From contig CP086569.2 in assembly GCA_009914755.4 (NCBI GenBank), forward strand, positions 32,416,001 to 32,480,000: a stretch of DNA of 64,000 nt. Reading direction: 5' to 3'. The stretch comes from the human T2T-CHM13v2.0 reference genome, Homo sapiens. The notes below the pieces were generated by a model. That model did not search any database and was not told the origin of the DNA. It was given only the letters and a program-made list of their open reading frames with translations. Of the stretch, positions 55,145 through 64,000 are shown in pieces. A program made the position numbers and the translations under genes. Every line of letters begins with the position of its first letter. The stretch's first letter is position 1.

Positions 55145-58100
55145 GAATGGAAAGTAATCCAATGGAATAGAATCTAATGCAATAAAATCGACTCAGATAG
55201 AGTAGAATGTAATGGAATGGAGTGTTGTGCAATGGAATGGAATGGAATGGAATGCAATGGAATGGAATGGAATGGAATGGGATGGAATGGTATGGAATGG
55301 ATAGTAATGGACTGGAGTGAAATGGACTGGAAAGGAATGGACTCAAATTGAAAGGGCACGAAAGGAATGGAGTCAAATGGAATGGTCTGGAATGGAATGA
55401 ACACGAATGTAATGCAACCCAATAGAATGGAATCGAATGGCATGGAATATAAAGAAATGGAATCGAAGAGAATGGAAACAAATGGAATGGAATTGAATGG
55501 AATGTGAACGAATGGAGTGAAATTGTATGCAGTAGAAGAGAATAGAATGGAATGCAAGCGAAAGGAAAGGAATGGATTGGAATGGAATGGAATTCATTGG
55601 AATGGAAGGGAATGTAGTGTAATGGACAGGCCTGGAATAAAGTGGAATGCTACGGTCTCGAATGGAATAAAAATGTATGGAATGGAATGCAATGAAACGG
55701 AATCGAATGTCATAGAATGTAATGGAATGCAACAAAATGGAATCCAAAATCATTGACTGGAAAGGCTGGGTGTCGAAAGGAATTGACTCCAATGGAATGG
55801 AATCGAATGGAATGGAAGTGAATAGAATCGAACTAAATCGAATGGAATGGAATTGATAGGAACGGAATGGAAAAGAATGCAATGATTTGGCATGGAATGG
55901 AATCGAATGGCATCGAATGGAATGGAATGGAATGCAATGGAATGGAATGTATTAGAATGGAATGAACTTTAATGGAATGTACTCGAATGGATTCGACTGG
56001 AATGGAATGTTCTGGAAGTGAATGGACTCCAATGGAATGGATTCAAAAGGAATGGAATCGTACGGAATGGAATCTAATGGAATGGAATTAAATGGAAATG
56101 AATCAAATTGAATAGCACGGAATTGAATTGAATGGAATGGAATGCAATGGAATCTAATGAAACGGAAAGGAAAGGAATGGAATGGAATGGAATGGGCTGG
56201 AATGGAAAGGAATCGAAACGAATGGAATGGAATCGAACTGAAGAGACTGGAATGGAATGCACTGGAATGGAAGGGAGTGTAATGGAAGGTTCTCGAAAAA
56301 AATGGAATCGAATGGAATGGAATTGAATGGAACGGAATAGAGTCGAATGGAATTGAATGGAATGGAATGGACTAGAGTGAAATGGAATCGAACCACAAGG
56401 AATGGAGAGGAATAGAATGGTCTCGAATTGAATGGAATCGTATGGAATGGCATCAAACGGAATGGAATGGACAGCCACGGAATGGAATGCACTCGAATGC
56501 AATGGAGTCGAAACTAATGGACTGGAATAGAATGGACTCGACTGGTACGGACTCCAATGGAATGGAATCGAATGGAAGGGAATCGAACGGAATGGACTCG
56601 AAGGGAAAAGACTGCAATGGAAAGGTCTCGAATGGAATGGAAATTAATGGGATGGAATGGAATCGAATGAAATGGAGTCAAAAGGAATGGAATCGAATGG
56701 CAAGAAATCGAATGTAATGGAATCGCAAGGAATTGATGTGAACGGAACGGAATGGAATGGAATCCAAAGGAATGGAATAGAATGGAATGGAATCGAATGG
56801 AAAGGACTCGAATGGAAATCACTCGAATAGAATGCAATTTAATAAAATAGGATCAAATGTAATAGAATGGAATGGAAAGGAATCGAAACGGAAGGAATGG
56901 AGACAGATGGAATGGAATGGAACAGAGAGCAATGGTATAGAATGGAATGGAATCATCTGGAATGGAATTGAATGGAATGGAATAATATGAAATGGAATGG
57001 AATGGAATGGAATGGAATGCCCTTGAATTAAATGGACTGGAATGGAATGGACTCGAACAGAGTGGAATGGAAAGTGTTGACATAGAATGGAATGGACTCC
57101 TTTGGAATGGTGTACTATGCAATGCAATCGACTGGCAGGGAATCAAAAGGAATGTAATCGAATGGATTGGACTGGAATGCAATGGACTCGAATAGATTGC
57201 AAACGGAATGCAAAGGAATGGAATGGAATAGTATGGAATGGAATGGAAAGGAATGGAGTGGAATAGACTAGAGTGGAATGGAATGGACTGGAAAGCAATG
57301 GACTGGAATGGAACTTTCTTGAATGGACTGGAATCAAACGGAATGGAATGCAATGCAATCAAAAGGCATGGAATAAAATAGAATGAAAGAGAATCAAATG
57401 GAATTGAATCGAATGGAATCGAATGGATTGGAAAGGAATAGAATGGAATGGAATGGAATGGACTAGAATGGAATGGATTCGAATGGAAGGCAAAGGAATG
57501 GAATCTATTGGAATGGACTGTAATGGAATGGAATGGAAGGGATTGGAATGGACTCGAATGGAATGGACTGCAATAGAAAGGATTCGAATGGAATGAAAAA
57601 GAATTGAATGGAATAGAACAGAATGGAATCAAATCGAATGAAATGGAATGGAATAGAAAGGAATGGAATGAAATGGAATGGAAAGGATTCGAATGGAATG
57701 CAATCGAAAGGAATGGAATCGAACGGAATGGAATAAAATGGAAGAAAACTGGCAAGAAAGGGAATCGATATGAATGGAGTGTTATGGAACGGACTCAAAA
57801 GGAATTGAATGTAATAGAATGGAGTGGAGTGGACTCGAATATAATGGACTGGAATGGAATGAAATCACATGGAATGGGAACGAATGGAAAGGAATGGAAA
57901 GGAATGGAATCGAATGGAAAGGAATCGAATGGAAGGGAATGAAATTGAATCAACAGGAATGGAAGGGAATAGAATAGACGGTAATGGAATGGACTCGAAT
58001 AGAATGGACACGAATGCTGAAATTGAATGGACTCGAATGGAATGGAAACGAAAGGAATGTCATCGAATGGAATTGAATCGATTGGAATGAAATCGCATAG

Positions 58101-58643
58101 AATGGAGTGGAATCAAATGGAATTGAATCGAAAGGAAAGGAAGCGAATGGACTGAAATGAAATGGAATGGAATTGAATGGAAAGTAATGCAATGGAATAG
58201 AATGGAACGAAATTTCACGGAATGGAATCAAACTGAATGGAATCAAATCAATGGAATCCAATCAAATGGAATGGAGTAGATTGGATTGGATGGGATTGGA
58301 ATGAAATGTACTGGAAAGGACTCGAATTTCATGAAACGGAATGGAATGAATTGGAACGGAATGGACTCGAATGGAATGGAATGTCATAGAATGGCATCAA
58401 ATGGAATGGCATCAAATGGAATGGAATCGAATGCAATGGAATGCTATGGAATGGAATGGAATGCATTGGAATGGAATGTCCTCTAATGGAATGGATTCGA
58501 GTGGAATGGAATCGAATATAATGGAGTCGAATGAAATTTAATTGAAAGGAATGGGATCGAATACAATGGAATATACTGGAATGTAATGTAATGAACTGGA
58601 ATGTAATTGACTGGAATGGAATGTACATGAATGGAATGTAATC
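55145..58643. repeat. HOR unit 17 (3499 bp), shortest full unit, three 15-bp (3-pentamer) deletions
   Basis: Landmark at 55145. Missing 'aattgactcaaatgg' near 57445, missing 'aaaggaattgaatgg' near 58265, and only one copy of the 'ggaagggaatcgaac' 15-mer near 56575. Confidence 0.8.
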
Positions 58644-61600
58644 GAATGGAAAGTAATCCAATGGAATAGAATCTAATGCAATAAAATCGACTCAGATAGA
58701 GTAGAATGTAATGGAATGGAGTGCAGTGCAATGGAATGGAATGGAATGGAATGCAATGGAATGGAATGGAATGGAATGGAATGGAATGGAATGGAATGGA
58801 ATGGGATGGAATGGTATGGAATGGATAGTAATGGACTGGAGTGAAATGGACTGGAAAGGAATGGACTCAAATTGAAAGGGCTCGAAAGGAATGGAGTCAA
58901 ATGGAATGGTCTGGAATGGAATGAACACGAATGTAATGCAATCCAATAGAATGGAATCGAATGGCATGGAATATAAAGAAATGGAATCGAAGAGAATGGA
59001 AACAAATGGAATGGAATTGAATGGAATGGAATTGAATGGAATGGGAACGAATGGAGTGAAATTGTATGCAGTAGAAGGGAATAGAATGGAATGCAAGCGA
59101 AAGGAAAGGAATGGATTGGAATGGAATGGAATTCATTGGAATGGAAGGGAATGTAGTGTAATGGACAGGCCTGGAATAAAGTGGAATGCTACGGTCTCGA
59201 ATGGAATAAAAATGTATGGAATGGAATGCAATGAAACGGAATCGAATGTCATAGAATGTAATGGAATGCAAAAAAATGGAATCCAAAATCATTGACTGGA
59301 AAGGCTGGGTGTCGAAAGGAATTGACTGCAATGGAATGGAATCAAATGGAATGGAAGTGAATAGAATCGAACTAAATCGAATGGAATGGAATTGATAGGA
59401 ACGGAATGGAAAGGAATGCAATGATTTGGCATGGAATGGAATCGAATGGCATCGAATGGAATGGAATGGAATGCAATGGAATGGAATGTATTAGAATGTA
59501 ATGAACATTAGTGGAATGTACTCGAAAGGATTCGACTGGAATGGAATGTTCTGGAAGTGAATGGACTCCAATAGAATGGATTCGAAAGGAATGGAATCGA
59601 ACGGAATGGATTCTAATGGAATGGAATTAAATGGAAATGAATCAAATTGAATAGCACGGAATTGAATTGAATGGAATGGAATGCAATGGAATCTAATGAA
59701 ACGGAAAGGAAAGAATGGAATGGAATAGAATGGGCTGGAATGGAAAGGAATCGAAACGAATGGAATGGAAGCGAACTGAAGAGACTGGAATGGAATGCAC
59801 TGGAATGGAAGGGAGTGTAATGGAAGGTTCTCGAAAAAAATGGAATCGAATGGAATGGAATTGAATGGAACAGAATAGAGTCGAATGGAATTGAATGGAA
59901 TGGAATGGACTAGAGTGAAATGGAATCGAACCACAAGGAATGGACTGGAATAGAATGGTCTCGAATTGAATGGAATCGTACGGAATGGCATCAAACGGAA
60001 TGGAATGGACAGCCACGGAATGGAATGCACTCGAATGCAATGGAGTCGAAACTAATGGACTGGAATAGAATGGACTCGACTGGTACGGACTCCAATGGAA
60101 TGGAATCGAATGGAAGGGAATCGAACGGAATGGACTCGAAGGGAAAAGACTGTAATGGAAAGGTCTCGAATGGAATGGAAATTAATGGGATGGAATGGAA
60201 TCGAATGAAATGGAGTCAGAAGGAATGGAATCGAATGGCAAGAAATCGAATGTAATGGAATCGCAAGGAATTGATGTGAACGGAACGGAATGGAATGGAA
60301 TCCAAAGGAATGGAATAGAATGGAATGGAATCGAATGGAAAGGACTCGAATGGAAATCACTCGAATAGAATGCAATTTAATAAAATAGGATCAAATGTAA
60401 TATAATGGAATGGAAAGGAATCGAAACGGAAGGAATGGAGACAGGTGGAATGGAATGGAACAGAGAGCAATGGTATAGAATGGAATGGAATCATCTGGAA
60501 TGGAATTGAATGGAATGGAATAATATGAAATGGAATGGAATGGAATGGAATGGAATGCCCTTGAATTAAATGGACTGGACTCGAACAGAGTGGAATGGAA
60601 AGTGTTGAGATAGAATGGAATGGACTCCTTTGGAATGGTGTAGTATGCAATGCAATCGACTGGCAGGGAATCAAAAGGAATGTAATCGAATGGATTGGAC
60701 TGGAATGCAATGGACTCGAATAGATTGGAAACGGAATGCAAAGGAATGGAATGGAATAGTATGGAATGCAATGGAAGGGAATGGAGTGGAATAGACTAGA
60801 GTGGAATGGAATGGACTGGAAAGCAATGGACTGGAATGGAACTTTCTTGGATGGATTGGAATCAAACGGAATGGAATGCAATGCAATCAAATGGCATGGA
60901 ATAAAATAGAATGAAAGAGAATCAAATGGAATTGAATCGAATGGAATCGAATGGATTGGAAAGGAATAGAATGGAATGGAATGGAATTGACTCAAATGGA
61001 ATGGACTAGAATGGAATGGATTCGAATGGAAGGCAAAGGAATGGAATCTATTGGAATGGACTGTAATGGAATGGAATGGAAGGGATTGGAATGGACTCGA
61101 ATGGAATGGACTGCAATAGAAAGGATTCGAATGGAATGAAAAAGAATTGAATGGAATAGAACAGAATGGAATCAAATCGAATGAAATGGAATGGAATAGA
61201 AAGGAATGGAATGAAATGGAATGGAAAGGATTCGAATGGAATGCAATCGAATGGAATGGAATCGAACGGAATGGAATAAAATGGAAGAAAACTGGCAAGA
61301 AATGGAATCGAAATGAATGGAGTGTTATGGAACGGACTCAAAAGGAATTGAATGTAATAGAATGGAGTGGAGTGGACTCGAATATAATGGACTGGAATGG
61401 AATGAAATCACATGGAATGGGAACGAATGGAATGGAATGGAAAGGAATGGAATCGAATGGAAAGGAATCGAATGGAAGGGAATGAAATTGAATCAACACG
61501 AATGGAAGGGAATAGAATAGACTGTAATGGAATGGACTCGAATAGAATGGACACGAATGCTCAAATTAAATGGACTCGAATGGAATGGAAACGAAAGGAA

Positions 61601-62201
61601 TGTCATCGAATGGAATTGAATCGATTGGAATGAAATCGCATAGAATGGAGTGGAATCAAATGGAATTGAATCGAAAGGAAAGGAAGCGAATGGACTGAAA
61701 TGAAATGGAACGGAATTGAATGGAAAGTAATGCAATGGAATAGAATGGAACGAAATTTCACGGAATGGAATCAAACTGAATGGAATCAAATCAATGGAAT
61801 CAAATCAAATGGAATGGAAAGGAATTGAATGGAGTAGATGGGATTGGATGGGATTGGAATGAAATGTACTGGAAAGGACTCGAATTTCATGAAACGGAAT
61901 GGAATGAATTGGAACGGAATGGACTCGAATGGAATGGAATGTCATGGGATGGCATCAAATGGAATGGCATCAAATGGAATGGAATCGAATGCAATGGAAT
62001 GCTATGGAATGGAATGGAATGCATTGGAATGGAATGTCCTCTAATGGAATGGATTCGAGTGGAATGGAATGGAATATAGTGGAGTCGAATGAAATGGAAT
62101 TGAAAGGAATGGGATCGAATACAATGGAATATACTGGAATGTAACGTAATGAACGCGAATGTAATTGACTGGAATGGAATGTACATGAATGGAATGTAAT
62201 C
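58644..62201. repeat. HOR unit 18 (3558 bp) containing a locally diverged patch
   Basis: Landmark at 58644. A cluster of about 13 substitutions or 1-bp indels within ~59490-59960 gives a 179-aa ORF at 59491-60030 that no other unit has. Confidence 0.8.
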
Positions 62202-64000
62202 GAATGGAAAGTAATCCAATGGAATAGAATCTAATGCAATAAAATCGACTCAGATAGAGTAGAATGTAATGGAATGGAGTGCAGTGCAATGGAATGGAAT
62301 GGAATGGAATGCAATGGAATGGAATGGAATGGAATGGAATGCAATGGAATGGAATGGAATGGAATGGAATGGGATGGAATGGTATGGAATGGATAGTAAT
62401 GGACTGGAGTGAAATGGACTGGAAAGGAATGGACTCAAATTGAAAGGGCTCGAAAGGAATGGAGTCAAATGGAATGGTCTGGAATGGAATGAACACGAAT
62501 GTAATGCAACCCAATAGAATGGAATCGAATGGCATGGAATATAAAGAAATGGAATCGAAGAGAATGGAAACAAATGGAATGGAATTGAATGGAATGGAAT
62601 TGAATGGAATGGGAACGAATGGAGTGAAATTGTATGCAGTAGAAGAGAATAGAATGGAATGCAAGCGAAAGGAAAGGAATGGATTGGAATGGAATGGAAT
62701 TCATTGGAATGGAAGGGAATGTAGTGTAATGGACAGGCCTGGAATAAAGTGGAATGCTACGGTCTCGAATGGAATAAAAATGTATGGAATGGAATGCAAT
62801 GAAACGGAATCGAATGTCATAGAATGTAATGGAATGCAACAAAATGGAATCCAAAATCATTGACTGGAAAGGCTGGGTGTCGAAAGGAATTGACTCCAAT
62901 GGAATGGAATCGAATGGAATGGAAGTGAATAGAATCGAACTAAATCGAATGGAATGGAATTGATAGGAACGGAATGGAAAGGAATGCAATGATTTGGCAT
63001 GGAATGGAATCGAATGGCATCGAATGGAATGGAATGGATTGCAATGGAATGGAATGTATTAGAATGTAATGAACTTTAATGGAATGTACTCGAATGGATT
63101 CGACTGGAATGGAATGTTCTGGAAGTGAATGGACTCCAATGGAATGGATTCAAAAGGAATGGAATCGTACGGAATGGAATCTAATGGAATGGAATTAAAT
63201 GGAAATGAATCAAATTGAATAGCACGGAATTGAATTGAATGGAATGGAATGCAATGGAATCTAATGAAACGGAAAGGAAAGGAATGGAATGGAATGGAAT
63301 GGGCTGGAATGGAAAGGAATCGAAACGAATGGAATGGAATCGAAGTGAAGAGACTGGAATGGAATGCACTGGAATGGAAGGGAGTGTAATGGAAGGTTCT
63401 CGAAAAAAATGGAATCGAATGGAATGGAATTGAATGGAACGGAATAGAGTCGAATGGAATTGAATGGAATGGAATGGACTAGAGTGAAATGGAATCGAAC
63501 CACAAGGAATGGACAGGAATAGAATGGTCTCGAATTGAATGGAATCGTATGGAATGGCATCAAACGGAATGGAATGGACAGCCACGGAATGGAATGCACT
63601 CGAATGCAATGGAGTCGAAACTAATGGACTGGAATAGAATGGACTCGACTGGTACGGACTCCAATGGAATGGAATCGAATGGAAGGGAATCGAACGGAAG
63701 GGATTCGAACGGAATGGACTCGAAGGGAAAAGACTGCAATGGAAAGGTCTCGAATGGAATGGTAATTAATGGAATGGAATGGAATCGAATGAAATGGAGT
63801 CAAAAGGAATGGAATCGAATGGCAAGAAATCGAATGTAATGGAATCGCAAGGAATTGATGTGAACGGAACGGAATGGAATGGAATCCAAAGGAATGGAAT
63901 AGAATGGAATGGAATCGAATGGAAAGGACTCGAATGGAAATCACTCGAATAGAATGCAATTTAATAAAGTAGGATCAAATGTAATGGAATGGAATGGAAA
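62202..64000. repeat. HOR unit 19, partial (first 1799 bp)
   Basis: Landmark at 62202. The window ends before the unit is complete. It has the longest initial pure GGAAT tract, with two 'gcaatgg' interruptions. Confidence 0.8.

Larger units (their letters stand above)
1..64000. repeat. Human satellite III (HSat3) array, (GGAAT)n on + strand, organised as a ~3.55 kb higher-order repeat; DYZ1-like (Yq12)
   Basis: The whole window is built from GGAAT pentamers and single-base variants of them (gaatg/gaatc/gactc/caatg...). The six-frame ORF track recurs with period ~3.54–3.58 kb (e.g. 129-aa ORF at 223, 3771, 7314...). There is one GGCC site per unit and no interspersed repeats. A ~3.56 kb HaeIII unit made of TTCCA pentamers is the textbook description of DYZ1. 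Confidence 0.93.

Noticed and set aside
1-64000. CRISPR array (regular short direct repeats)
   Set aside because: Repeats are 5-bp units with no unique spacers. Period, composition and the 3.5 kb HOR are those of eukaryotic satellite DNA. No cas genes or any other genes are present.
1-64000. Alpha satellite (centromeric) or HSat2 as alternative classifications
   Set aside because: There is no 171-bp periodicity and no alphoid-like composition. HSat2 is built from more diverged ~23/26-bp CATTCGATTCCATTC-type units, whereas here clean GGAAT pentamers dominate. That is the HSat3 signature.
1-64000. Telomeric or subtelomeric repeat
   Set aside because: No TTAGGG/CCCTAA hexamers. The repeat unit is GGAAT.
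1-64000. A novel prokaryotic or phage defence or biosynthetic system hidden in the window
   Set aside because: There is no non-repetitive sequence at all. Every kilobase decomposes into GGAAT-derived pentamers, so nothing can encode a structured protein or RNA.

Overview
The whole 64 kb window is one uninterrupted satellite array. I found no genes, no RNA genes, no transposon insertions and no unique sequence.

The satellite is the (GGAAT)n / (ATTCC)n pentamer family, i.e. human satellite III (HSat3). The + strand is the purine-rich GGAAT strand. The pentamers are organised into a higher-order repeat (HOR) of about 3.55 kb, with unit lengths from 3499 to 3589 bp. I phased the units on the landmark 'gaatggaaagtaatccaatggaatagaatctaatgcaataaaatcgactcagatagagtag' and counted 19 unit starts: 18 complete units and one partial unit at the 3' end. 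Each unit carries a single GGCC (HaeIII) site. Taken together, these properties match the Y-chromosome DYZ1 repeat on Yq12, described as a 3.4–3.6 kb HaeIII unit built from TTCCA pentamers. That assignment rests on established knowledge and was not tested by any search.

Every ORF in the supplied track is an artefact. (GGAAT)n and its complement contain no stop codon in any frame: the + frames read GMEWN repeatedly and the - frames read IPFHS. ORFs therefore run until a diverged pentamer creates a TAA, TAG or TGA. No window-wide CDS, promoter or terminator call can be supported.

The interesting structure is above the HOR level:
- Two truncated 2.65 kb units, 38.3 kb apart, share the same ~0.9 kb deletion junction and the same private SNP.
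- A ~7.12 kb dimeric super-repeat of alternating unit subtypes occurs at least three times with exact 7118 bp spacing, plus a fourth, more diverged copy.
- A partial long-range correspondence between units 2–5 and units 13–16.
- A locally diverged ~470 bp patch in unit 18.
- A cluster of slippage-type indels in units 16–17.

I see no evidence for a protein-coding or prokaryote-like system in this window.
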